From: Planctomycetota bacterium
Lineage (GTDB): Bacteria > Planctomycetota > UBA11346
NCBI GenBank assembly: GCA_038213805.1
Contig: JBBQSO010000077.1
Coordinates: 1 to 25,425 of the forward strand
Reading direction: 5' to 3'
DNA: 25,425 bases
Below the pieces are notes generated by a model that saw only the letters and a list, made by a program, of their open reading frames with translations, ran no database searches and was not told the DNA's origin. Below are positions 9,701 to 18,148 of this stretch, piece by piece (the first letter of the stretch is position 1; each line of letters begins with the position of its first letter). The position numbers and the translations under genes were made by a program.

Positions 9701-11548
9701 GTCATCCAGGGTGGACTGCAGTGGCCAAGCGGCCGCGCTCCAATGGCCATCCGCGGATTGGTGCCGTTGGAGGAATCTGCTGTCGGCGACGACCGCGGTC
9801 TCGCTGGCGCGGGTGCCGCCGTTGCGGATCACTGCGCGTCGGCGCCCACCGCCGGTGCGGTATCCGAAGGACCCGCTAGAACCACCGGCTCCGATGGCCA
9901 TGAACGCTCCTCCTTGGCCGACCTCGGCGAAGGTGTCCAGGGCGCCGGCCGGGGTGGACAGGGCGGGCGCGAGCTGGAACGGCAGAGCGGGGACCGGCAG
10001 GACGCCCAGCCGGCGCAGCCGGGGTGACGCTGCCGGGCTGCCCCTGCGCCAACCCTGGACGCCGAGGAGGAGATCGAGGCGCTCCGCCGCGCCGGCTCCG
10101 TCCTGGAGATAGGAATCGGCATCAGCCAATTCCTCGACCTCCCCATTGAGCCAGGCCAGCGCCGGCAGGCGCGCTGGCCGCTCCCGGGCCTCGATCAGGT
10201 CCTCATCGCCGGCATCCACGACGCTGAGCGAGCACACCCCGGCGAGGGGCGCCCCCGCCGCGTCGGCGAGGCGCAGTTCGACATCGGCAGGGGCGCCCAG
10301 TGGAATAGTCGGCGGCGCGGTCACGGTCAGGGTGATGCGTCGTGCCGGCCGCAGGAACAGGGTGCGCTGGATGCTCGCCGTGCCGTCCGGAGTGGTGAGC
10401 ACGGCGTCGATCACGCCCGCCACGCCAGCGGTGAGGGGCACCTCCACCGGGGTGACGATGCCCGCGGTCAGCGCGCAGGGGTGGTCGGCCACGACGGTGT
10501 TCCGCCGGACCAGCCGCAGCCGCCAAGTGCCGGTGACAGTGGATTGGATCCGCAGATGCACGGGTCCATCCGCCGCCTGCACCGCCGAACCAAGGATGAC
10601 GGCGCCGGTCGCCTGCACGGCGGGAAGGGTGAACTCCTGCCGCGCGGGTTGCTCGACCACGAGGTGGTAGTCCATGCCGACGGCGGGCGTGAATGCGACG
10701 CAGCACCGGCCCTCGTGACGGGTGGCGAATGCAGCCAGGGCGTTTCCCGCGCCATCGCGGAGCGTTCCGCGGCAATCCGCCGGTTGGCCATCCTGGGAGC
10801 GCGACTGGAGGTAGACCATCGCGGGCAGCCCACCCACGAGCACACCGCCGTCGATCGTCGCCTGCAGGTCGAGGTGCGCAGACGCCAGGGGCAGGCTGCG
10901 GCTGGCCACGACCGCGGTGCCGGCATCGGGAATGCTGGCGGTGACCGTGCCATCGCGCTGGGCGAGATCGGCCGGGATGGGCACCTGGATGCTAGCCCGG
11001 CCCTCGGCATCGCTCACGACGCGCACCTCGCGTGCCGCGCCGCCGCCCAGCGCAACGCGCAGGATCGCCGGCCGATTCGCGAGAGGCGTCCCATCGCGCC
11101 CACGCAGGGCGACGCGCACCTCGGCGGTCTCGCCAGGCACGTAGCCGCGGCGATCGAAGGTGAGTTCGGCGGCGACGCGGCCTTCCAGGCCCTCGACGGT
11201 GCGGGCGATGAGGACGCGCCGCGGCTCGGCGGCGACGCGATCGCCGATCGCGGCGGACACCAGGAAGCTTCCGCCCGCGTCCGCGGGCTTCCAGGTGGTG
11301 GCGGCGACGCTGTCTTCGACGCGGGCCATTCCGCTCCAGACCACGTGATCCCGGCCATCACGAACTTGGAAGCAGACCAATGAGGCGGTGGCGACCGGGG
11401 CGCGGGTCAGCGCGTCGAGCAGGATGGCGCGGAGGCAGACCTCCTCGCCGGGCCGGTACCACGGTCGCTCGCTGGTCACGATCAGGGTCGGCCGCGCCTC
11501 ATCAGCCATCGCCAGCGAGGCGATGAGGAACGCCAGCAGAGTACGCAT
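6797..11548 (-). CDS. Alpha-2-macroglobulin-like thioester protein with an inserted prenyltransferase/squalene-cyclase-repeat domain
   Basis: Signal peptide; MG domains (SERPWYRPGEEV, FDRRGYVPGETAEV, SLSVVD, LDLLLGVQGWRR, LPSRLTVGD); thioester motif PHGCFEQTSS (CFEQ at 8111-8122); TED features (GGFSLFG, LTAFGL, VEATALAVLA, TTQSDVLA); C-terminal GLPAGLEP...AYPYYQPE. Confidence 0.85.
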   Translation of the reverse strand: MRTLLAFLIASLAMADEARPTLIVTSERPWYRPGEEVCLRAILLDALTRAPVATASLVCFQVRDGRDHVVWSGMARVEDSVAATTWKPADAGGSFLVSAAIGDRVAAEPRRVLIARTVEGLEGRVAAELTFDRRGYVPGETAEVRVALRGRDGTPLANRPAILRVALGGGAAREVRVVSDAEGRASIQVPIPADLAQRDGTVTASIPDAGTAVVASRSLPLASAHLDLQATIDGGVLVGGLPAMVYLQSRSQDGQPADCRGTLRDGAGNALAAFATRHEGRCCVAFTPAVGMDYHLVVEQPARQEFTLPAVQATGAVILGSAVQAADGPVHLRIQSTVTGTWRLRLVRRNTVVADHPCALTAGIVTPVEVPLTAGVAGVIDAVLTTPDGTASIQRTLFLRPARRITLTVTAPPTIPLGAPADVELRLADAAGAPLAGVCSLSVVDAGDEDLIEARERPARLPALAWLNGEVEELADADSYLQDGAGAAERLDLLLGVQGWRRGSPAASPRLRRLGVLPVPALPFQLAPALSTPAGALDTFAEVGQGGAFMAIGAGGSSGSFGYRTGGGRRRAVIRNGGTRASETAVVADSRFLQRHQSADGHWSAAAWPLQSTLDDKADGIGTWTDASADRSCTALATLAYLGAGYDHRTPSRYKAMVLGAVTWLVGQIGADGRCDPDPEVQAGVVTALAEAYGMTADPTLRQPTQMAIDALLKQQHAIGGWAASGRAEDDHLDAVASTWCVMALKSALASGLNVRDSLNRAKSYFTTAWQAANPDWQRLDPMVGRSTFPAVYDAATHQAHAPDRAAAGAWMAVMLGHHAGSQQLDTLTNRVLDQPPLAPPFDPLHVYWGTLACFQRGGAKWLTWNATMRDVLVNLQRTDLPDAGSWDPSIYGATGTRWGRLLSTAITTLDLEIYYRYTQVEGSGAASSALADRRTVMAPGLSDEGLPNHATVAWWAAEPSGAAGRLVLTLPALPRGRRLTLRADAFDARGGFTAAATTLEVRQPVELAVRLPSRLTVGDRWDAPVNLRGADASEVAVEGEAIRAIVHDGRLEIVAVATGSARVRLHAASSLGTDTLAGGIVVEAPGAPWHDGGQRHGSARLELPPAQGFLPGTLHGSLVVESGFEDLLDAVHRHFLHEPHGCFEQTSSSSYPLLVSCERRRRRQQDDGGAATFLTQAVALLQGFACPSGGFSLFGRDPGDPVLTAFGLRQLKRLGAVVAVNRPLLDRQQAWLLAQRRTDGGFHSGVLNTAPGMSDVQIAADLGSDCPPADRGRAYAAARLAGDAYALGLAARLAREAGDADQAAALASMIRLDQDGAAIRPGASPWRPVADVEATALAVLAYFADGRVDDARRGLAWLGAQRHGEAWNTTQSDVLAIEAFAAAEDHETRPAPSTVIIRRDGQELARLAIPVHMQEMLQRPLAIDPVGGPLEVVIAGPAPAWRWRLDGRLAQPTDAANAPMSLTITAPAHVAVGAPCTVLAHVQAHAEVYAPMLIVGLPAGLEPRAEALDRLVRAGQLGCWEWADGEVRLYGERLAVGATWDIPITCVAIAAGTSQGRPSSAYPYYQPELTVWQPGQRIAVDP

Positions 11549-11769
11549 GTCAGGTGAACGATCCTGGCTGGCCCGGGTTCATTCGCAACCCGAGGACATG
11601 CCGGCCGCCATCGGAAAGGTCCTGGTGCGAATGCTCTCAGGCGGCTGAGGGATCATAAGAGCCAGGGTTTCGCGATTTTTCACCCAGCTTGTGAGGAGCT
11701 GGCAACGTCCACGCCGCCAACCACCAGGGCCGGCAGGAATGCGTCGGTCTCGCCACGCTCGCGGCGCTG

Positions 11770-12921
11770 TCAGCAGGATCCGGACCCCGGAGCGCAGCAC
11801 GACCCGCCAGACCGATAGTCCACCGGAAGCTCGCCGTTCTTGGTCTCGCGCGGGTGCCGCGCACGATGTCCATCGCAGGCGAACGGCTGTTGTGCGGAAT
11901 CTGCGATGGCCTGGTAGGGCGGCAGGCCGATCACCTGCGCGGCATACGGGACGCTCGTCAGCAGGCGGTAGGTCTTGGCGCATACCGCCGTCCGCTCGCC
12001 CCGACGGAAGACGTGCCCATCGTCATCGTGCACTTCACTCCACGGACCGGGGTAGAGGATCGCATGGTTGCCTTCCTGGCACGGCCCCTGCTTACCCTTG
12101 TAGGCGACGACGGTGACGGCGCGGTACTCGATGCCCTCGACGACCTGCCAGGGGCGTTCATCGCGTTTCGCCAGACTGACGCCGTGGAAACCAGCCTCGA
12201 CGAAGGCTTGCAGGAAACGGTCCTCGCGAAAGGCGCCGCTGATGCACCCGGACCACAGGGTCGGATCGTTGCGCTGATGCTCGGGGACGTCCTCGTCGCT
12301 GACGATGTCGGAGATGGCCACGCGACCGCCCACTTTGGTGACCCGGAACAATTCGCTGAAGAGCTGGTGCCGCTCGCGTTCGTTGACCAGGTTCAGCACG
12401 CAGTTGGACACCACCACGTCGATCGAGGCGTCGGGAATGAGCGGTTGCTCGTGACGCAGTCGTTCCTGCTCGGCCTGCAGGTCGAAGAGCCCTTCCCGGG
12501 ATCGCACCGGGTGTTCAGCCAACCAGCGATCGACCGCCTCCAGGTCCAGCGCCAGATCCTGGATCTGCGCACAGCGGAACTCGGTATTCGCGAAGCCGAC
12601 CGTGCGCGCCACCTGCGGCGCGGCGAGGCGGGCCAGCGCCAGCATCTCCCGATTGCGGTCGACGCCGATCACGCGGCCCCCGGCACCTACCACCTGGCTG
12701 GCGATGAAGCAGATCTTGCCCCCGCCCGAACCGAGATCGAGGACGGTCTCACCGGGCCTGACGAAGCGACTCGGGTCGCCACAGCCGTAGTCCCGCTCAA
12801 GGACCACCGAAGGAATGGCGGCCAGGAACTGCGGGTCGTAGGTGACCGGACAGCACAGTGCGGGTTCGACGGCTCGTGCGGCGGCGCCGTAACGGTCTTG
12901 GACGGCCTGGGTCTGGTCCAT
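11770..12921 (-). CDS. arsM: ArsM/AS3MT-like arsenite S-adenosylmethionine methyltransferase
   Basis: LCCP, YGCGDP, VLDLGSGGG, VVVSNCVLNL and WSGCISGA give the conserved As-binding cysteines of the ArsM/AS3MT family; Cys-rich tail SCCAPGSGSC; clustered with arsS. Confidence 0.8.
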   Translation of the reverse strand: MDQTQAVQDRYGAAARAVEPALCCPVTYDPQFLAAIPSVVLERDYGCGDPSRFVRPGETVLDLGSGGGKICFIASQVVGAGGRVIGVDRNREMLALARLAAPQVARTVGFANTEFRCAQIQDLALDLEAVDRWLAEHPVRSREGLFDLQAEQERLRHEQPLIPDASIDVVVSNCVLNLVNERERHQLFSELFRVTKVGGRVAISDIVSDEDVPEHQRNDPTLWSGCISGAFREDRFLQAFVEAGFHGVSLAKRDERPWQVVEGIEYRAVTVVAYKGKQGPCQEGNHAILYPGPWSEVHDDDGHVFRRGERTAVCAKTYRLLTSVPYAAQVIGLPPYQAIADSAQQPFACDGHRARHPRETKNGELPVDYRSGGSCCAPGSGSC

Positions 12922-13375
12922 GGTCGCATCTCCCGGAAGACAGTGAGTCAGACGACGGGCACCGTCCGCTGGAGGCCGGTGAGTGTCCAGTCATTCTGCC
13001 GGCCGGGCCGGTGTCTGGTCCCCAATGCCCGCCCACTCCAACGGCAGCGGCCCCTCAAGCGAGCAGATGGTTTCGTGCTCCCCGCGTCGCGGGGTCCTTA
13101 TTCACGCGGGCATCGCCTGCGAGTCCGGCTGTGCGCTCGCCGCACGGCTGGACCTGCGGCAGGAATAGACCCGTGGTGCACCAGATCCACCCAGATCAAC
13201 GCATCCTGGAGCAGCGCCACGCGTACTTGAAAATCGTCGGGAAGCCCTCATGCAATGGCCTATTCCCAAGCCAGGGTTGCAGGGCGCGGGAGGAGGATGG
13301 CGTATCAGACCGTCGCCGTCATCGGCAGGTTGGGTCAAACCTGCGGACCATCAGCAACGTCACCCAGGTGAGATC

Positions 13376-15667
13376 ATGAACAAGCGCGTCGTCAAATGGC
13401 TGGTGATCGGGACGGTGCTGGGCGCCCTGATCCTGTTCTTCGCCTTGCATGGGCTGTCCTTCCTGTCCTTCGCGAACCTCAAGAACGAGCAGGCGGCGCT
13501 GCAGGACGGCTACCACCACCGTCCACTGCTGTTCGTCGGCGCCTTCGCCGGCGCCTACGTCATCGCGGCCGCCCTGTCGTTGCCGGGGGCCGCGCTCTTC
13601 ACCTTGGCCGCCGGTGCGATCTTCGGTGTCGCCGCCGGCACGGCGGTGGCGCTGGGCGCGAGCACCATTGGCGCCAGCCTGGCGTTTCTGAGCGCGCGCT
13701 ACGCGCTGCGCGACACCATTGAAGGCTCCTTCCGCACCCGTCTCGAGGCCATCAACCGCGGTCTGGACCGTGATGGCGTCTTTTATCTGATCACCCTGCG
13801 CTTGATCGCGGTGATCCCGTTCTTCGTGGTCAATCTGGCGATGGGGGTGACGCGCATCCGTCTGATCACCTTCTTCCTCGGCAGCCTGGTCGGGATGCTG
13901 CCGGGTGCCCTGGTGTTCGCCAACGCGGGAACGCGCCTGGGTGCCCTGAAATCGCCGGGCGATATCCTGTCCCTGCCCGTGCTGGCCGCGTTCGCGGCGC
14001 TGGCCGTGCTGCCCTGGGCCGCCAAGGGCGCGCTCGGCTGGTGGCGGTGGCGCCGGACCACCGGTCGCTTCCCCGCGCCAGCGCGTTTCGATTTCGATCT
14101 GACGGTGATCGGCGCGGGAGCAGCCGGCCTCACCGCGGCCGCGGTCGCAGCCCAACTGGGCGCCAAGGTCATGCTGATCGAGCGCCAGCGCATGGGCGGT
14201 GAGTGCCTGAACACCGGCTGCGTGCCGTCGAAGGCCCTGCTGCGCGAAGCGCATGTCCTTGCCGAGGCCCGCAGGCATGCCGCAGGTGATCCCACCGTGC
14301 CGGTTCCGGCAGCGGATCTTCCCGCGGCCATGGCCAGGGTGCGGGCGGCGATCGCCAGGCTCGAACCCCACGATTCGCGGGCGCGCTTCCAGGGCATGGG
14401 CGTGACGTGCGCGAGCGGCGAAGCGCGCCTGGTCAGCCCCTACGCGGTCGCGGTCGCCGGAGCGACGGTCACCTCGCGGGCCATCCTGATCGCGACCGGG
14501 GGCAGTCCACGCCTGCCCGACGTGCCCGGATTCGCCGACATCGGGGCCCTGACCACGGAGACCGTCTGGGGCCTGCGCAGCCTGCCGCGGCGGCTGGTGA
14601 TCATCGGCGGTGGTCCGGTGGGATGCGAACTCGGCCAGTGCTTCGCGCGCTTCGGCAGCCAGGTGACGATCATCACCGCGCCCTACCAGCTGCTCGAACA
14701 CGAAGACCTCGACGTGGCGACCATCCTTGCCGACCGCCTGCGCGATGACGGGATCCGGCTGGTCCTTGGCGAGCGCCTGGTGCGCTGCGCGCGTCAGGAC
14801 GCCGACAAGATCGTGGTGAGCCTGGGCGAGAACGGCCAGAGCCACCATGCGTGCGATGAGGTCCTGATCGCGCTCGGCAAGCGGCCGGACACCGCGGCCC
14901 TCGGCCTCGCCGAACTCGGGATCGCCATCGCCACGGATGGGCGCATCGAGACCGACGAATTCCTGCGCACCAATTTCCCCAACATCGTCGCTTGTGGGGA
15001 CGTCTCCTCAAAGCTGCTCTTCACCCACGTCGCCAGCGATCAGGCGTGGCGCGCGACGGCGAATGTGCTGCTGGCGCCGTTCTCGCACCAGCGCCCCGAA
15101 GCCAAGGCGGTGCCGTGGATCACCTTCACCGAGCCCGAGGTCGGACGCGTCGGGGTGTCCGAGGGCGAGGCCACCACGCGCGGCATCCCCGTCGAGGTGA
15201 CGCGCTACGATCTCGCGGAGAACGACCGCGCCGTGATCGACGGGCGGACGGGCATGCTCAAGGTCATCACCGCGCGCGGCACGGACAAGATCCTTGGTGC
15301 GGCGGTGGTCGGCCCGGGCGCTGCGGAGCTGATCGGCGAACTCACCGGCGCGATCGCCCGGGGCGTGGGCTTGAAGACCCTGGCGACCGACATGCATGCC
15401 TACCCGACCTACGGTGACGCCGTGGCGCGCGTGGCGGCTGCCTGGCGGCGGACGCATACGCCGGCGTGGCAGCTCAGGGCTCTCGCCCGTTATCTGGCCC
15501 TGCGCCGCGCACCGGCGCGCTGGCGCCTGTGTCTGGGTCTCGCCGGCGTGGTTGTGGTGGTCGTGGCCGCGGGCGCGTGGTTGGGCGTCTCAACGCTGCT
15601 CTCTCGTCACGTGGCGACATCGGCAGTCGTCGAGGACGCGCAGCCGCCCGTCCCTGGCGATCGCTGA
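13376..15667 (+). CDS. DedA/TVP38 (SNARE-associated) membrane domain fused to a class I pyridine nucleotide-disulfide oxidoreductase
   Basis: LSLPGA, LRLIAVIPFFVVN, GMLPG (DedA); VIGAGAAG, GGECLNTGCVPSK, ATGGSP, IIGGGPVGCE, ACGDV, HAYPTYGD. Start at ATG 13376 (MNKRVV). No MerA C-terminal Cys-Cys pair. Confidence 0.9.
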   Translation: MNKRVVKWLVIGTVLGALILFFALHGLSFLSFANLKNEQAALQDGYHHRPLLFVGAFAGAYVIAAALSLPGAALFTLAAGAIFGVAAGTAVALGASTIGASLAFLSARYALRDTIEGSFRTRLEAINRGLDRDGVFYLITLRLIAVIPFFVVNLAMGVTRIRLITFFLGSLVGMLPGALVFANAGTRLGALKSPGDILSLPVLAAFAALAVLPWAAKGALGWWRWRRTTGRFPAPARFDFDLTVIGAGAAGLTAAAVAAQLGAKVMLIERQRMGGECLNTGCVPSKALLREAHVLAEARRHAAGDPTVPVPAADLPAAMARVRAAIARLEPHDSRARFQGMGVTCASGEARLVSPYAVAVAGATVTSRAILIATGGSPRLPDVPGFADIGALTTETVWGLRSLPRRLVIIGGGPVGCELGQCFARFGSQVTIITAPYQLLEHEDLDVATILADRLRDDGIRLVLGERLVRCARQDADKIVVSLGENGQSHHACDEVLIALGKRPDTAALGLAELGIAIATDGRIETDEFLRTNFPNIVACGDVSSKLLFTHVASDQAWRATANVLLAPFSHQRPEAKAVPWITFTEPEVGRVGVSEGEATTRGIPVEVTRYDLAENDRAVIDGRTGMLKVITARGTDKILGAAVVGPGAAELIGELTGAIARGVGLKTLATDMHAYPTYGDAVARVAAAWRRTHTPAWQLRALARYLALRRAPARWRLCLGLAGVVVVVVAAGAWLGVSTLLSRHVATSAVVEDAQPPVPGDR

Positions 15668-15668
15668 A

Positions 15669-17009
15669 ATGCCGCACGCAGGCGGCGACGGGTTCCCACA
15701 CACGCCGGCCGGTGAGCCGATCGTGGTGGTGCTGGCGCGCGCCCCAGAGCTGGGCCTGGTCAAGTCGCGCCTTGCCCGCGACGTTGGCGCCGCCGCGGCG
15801 CTGGACGTCTACCGCACGCTGCTCGCGTGCACCGCCCGCGCCGTGCGCGCCTGGCAGGGGCACGCCGTGGTGCATTTTTCCGGGTCGCAGGCCGCGCTCG
15901 CCGGCAGCCCGCTCGGCTGGCTGCCGCGCCTGCCCCAGGTCGACGGCTCGTTGGCGCGGCGACTGGAATCCGCTCTGGCGTCGGCGCTGACCGGTGGCTG
16001 CACCGCCGTCGCCATCGGCAGCGATTGCCCGGGGCTGCGCGCCCGGCATCTGCACGAGCTGGTCGCACTCGCGGGCGCGCACCGGGTCGCGTTCGGACCG
16101 GCTGCGGATGGCGGCTATTGGGGCATCGCCGTACGCGACCGCGAAGCGCTGGCGATCTGCTGCGCCGAGGACCTGCCCTGGTCGCAGCCGACGCTGTTGC
16201 ACGCGGTGCTGGCCAGGCTCGCCGCCCACGGCGTCCGCGCCGGCCTCGGAGCCACGCTCGGTGACGTCGATGATGCGGAGGATGCGCGCCGCGCGCGTCT
16301 GACAGGCGCACTGCCACCAGCGGCCCCGCTGCTGACGGTGGTGGTGCCGGTGCGGGATGACGCACTCGCGCTGCAGGGTTGCCTCGACGGTCTGCGCCGC
16401 TGCGCGGGGGCGGCAGAAGTCATCGTCGTGGACGGCGGCAGCAGCGACCAGTCCCGGGCGATCGCCGTGCAGCACGCGCTGCAGCCGCGGGTGCTCAGTG
16501 CGCGTGGCGGTCGGGACCGCCAGCTGGCGGCGGCCTTCGCGGCGGCGCGCGGCGACTACGTGCTGTGCCTGCCGGCCGATGCCCGTCTACCCGGCGGTGC
16601 AATCCAGGCGCTGACTGCGTGGCTGGCTGTAGTGCGGCCGCGCGCCGGCTGCCTGCGCCGGCACGCAGCCGCACGCGCACCGCTGCACCGCTGGCTGGAC
16701 GCCTGGGCCCGCCTGCGCGCGGCGTGGACCGGTGGCGCCTACATGGATCAGGGTCCGTTCTTCCTGCGCGCCGCCGCGCTGCGCTGCGGCGTTCCCGCTG
16801 CCGGCCCCTATGACACCGCAGAGCTGGGCAGGCGCCTCGCCGGGCCCGGCCGCTTCACCATCGCACCGGTGCCCATGGCGGTCTCGTGCCGGGCCTACGC
16901 GGGGGGCAGGACGGCAGCGGTCACCCTGCGCCATCAGCGCCTGCGCCTGCGCCACCACCTGCGCACGTGCTTCTCTCAAGCGGTTTCCCATGGCGGGCGG
17001 GCCCCATGA
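15669..17009 (+). CDS. Fused TIGR04282 (DUF2064) and TIGR04283 (GT2) arsenosugar-associated transferases
   Basis: N half: ARAPELGLVKSRL, IGSDCP, GPAADGGYWGI, PWS, DVDDAED. C half: VVVPVRDD, VIVVDGGSSD, GRDRQL, YMDQGPF. ATG lies 1 nt after the upstream stop. Confidence 0.85.
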   Translation: MPHAGGDGFPHTPAGEPIVVVLARAPELGLVKSRLARDVGAAAALDVYRTLLACTARAVRAWQGHAVVHFSGSQAALAGSPLGWLPRLPQVDGSLARRLESALASALTGGCTAVAIGSDCPGLRARHLHELVALAGAHRVAFGPAADGGYWGIAVRDREALAICCAEDLPWSQPTLLHAVLARLAAHGVRAGLGATLGDVDDAEDARRARLTGALPPAAPLLTVVVPVRDDALALQGCLDGLRRCAGAAEVIVVDGGSSDQSRAIAVQHALQPRVLSARGGRDRQLAAAFAAARGDYVLCLPADARLPGGAIQALTAWLAVVRPRAGCLRRHAAARAPLHRWLDAWARLRAAWTGGAYMDQGPFFLRAAALRCGVPAAGPYDTAELGRRLAGPGRFTIAPVPMAVSCRAYAGGRTAAVTLRHQRLRLRHHLRTCFSQAVSHGGRAP

Positions 17010-18130
17010 CGCTCGCCGGCGCGTCCGCGACCCGCATCGTGCTGCTTGGGGCTGGGCACGCGCACCACCACGCGCTGGCCCACCTGGAGGAGTACGCGCG
17101 CAGTGGATGCGTGGTGACCCTGGTCGCCGAAAGCCCCTTCTGGTACTCGGGCATGGCATCTGGGATCCTCGGTGGCCATTACGCGCCGGAGGAGGCCCAG
17201 ATCGATGTCTTCGGCCTGGCGGCTCGCGGTGGCGCGACGGTCGTCGCGGGCCAGGCCGCGTTCATAGACCGGCCAGGGCGCCTGGTGGTCCTGGAGGATG
17301 GCAGGACGATTCCCTATGACGTCGTATCGCTGGCCATCGGCAGTGGCGTCCGCACCGATGTGGCGCTGCCCGGACCAGAGAGCGCCTTCACCGTCAAGCC
17401 GCTCGTGAGGCTCTGGGAGCTGCGCTGCGCGCTCGAACGGTTGGTGCGGGAACGTGCGCTGGCGCCGGTCACGGTCGTGGTCATCGGCGGTGGGGCGAGC
17501 GCCTGCGAAGCCGCCGCGAACGCGCACGCGCTCATCACCGCTCGCGGCGGGCGCGCGCAGATCGTCCAGGTCACCGGCGCGGCCTGGCTGGCGGCGTTCC
17601 CGGCGCGCGTCCGCACGCAGGTCGCGCAGGATTTCGCGCGGCGCGGCATCCGGGTGGAACCGGCGCGGGCGCTTGGCTGCACTGCGCAGGGCGTCGCGCT
17701 CGTCGACCGGCCCGTGATCCCCTGCGATGCCGTGGTGATCGCCACGGGACTGGAGCCACCGCCGCTCGCGGCCGCCAGCGGGCTGCCCGTCGATGGCGAG
17801 GGGGCACTGCTGGTCGACGCCCACCTGCGCGCGCTGGGCGATGCGCGGATCTTCGGTGGGGGTGACTGCATCGCCATCGCCGGCCACGCCGTGCCGCGAC
17901 TGGGGGTCTTCGCCGTGCGCCAGGGGCCGGTGCTGCACGCGAATCTCATCGCCACGGCGCGCGGCGCGCAGCTGCGCACCTTCCGACCCCAGCGCCGCTG
18001 GTTGTCGATCCTGAACCTGGGCGCCCGCCGCGGCCTGGCGACGTGGGGTCCGTTCAGCTGGTATGGGCGCGGAGCGTGGCTGCTGAAGGACCGCATCGAC
18101 CGCGCCTTCGTCCGCCGCTATCAGCGCTGA
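17006..18130 (+). CDS. FAD-dependent NDH-2-like oxidoreductase (TIGR03169, SelD N-terminal-like), stand-alone
   Basis: LLGAGHAH, YSGM.SG.LGG.Y, YDVVSLAIGS, VKP, VIGGGASACE, IFGGGDC, GVFAVRQGPVL..NL, PQRRWLSILNLG, LKDRIDRAFV; ATGA overlap with the upstream gene. Confidence 0.88.
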   Translation: MTLAGASATRIVLLGAGHAHHHALAHLEEYARSGCVVTLVAESPFWYSGMASGILGGHYAPEEAQIDVFGLAARGGATVVAGQAAFIDRPGRLVVLEDGRTIPYDVVSLAIGSGVRTDVALPGPESAFTVKPLVRLWELRCALERLVRERALAPVTVVVIGGGASACEAAANAHALITARGGRAQIVQVTGAAWLAAFPARVRTQVAQDFARRGIRVEPARALGCTAQGVALVDRPVIPCDAVVIATGLEPPPLAAASGLPVDGEGALLVDAHLRALGDARIFGGGDCIAIAGHAVPRLGVFAVRQGPVLHANLIATARGAQLRTFRPQRRWLSILNLGARRGLATWGPFSWYGRGAWLLKDRIDRAFVRRYQR

Positions 18131-18148
18131 GCGCGGGCGGCGGACGCC

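Noticed and set aside
8790..9910. Squalene-hopene cyclase activity for the inserted domain
   Set aside because: Single barrel with no DXDD catalytic motif visible.
11740..11775. Selenocysteine read-through at the arsM stop (GSC-TGA) with a following hairpin
   Set aside because: The hairpin CGCCGC-GAGC-GTGGCG has its loop only about 10 nt after the UGA, closer than a typical bacterial SECIS, and Cys-rich tails are a normal end for this family.
13181..13200. Tandem repeat CCAGATCCAC/CCAGATCAAC in the arsM-dedA intergenic region
   Set aside because: Only two imperfect 10-bp copies; could be chance, and no recognisable ArsR operator.
13376..15667. Mercuric reductase merA
   Set aside because: No C-terminal Cys-Cys pair, no NmerA domain, no mer genes nearby.
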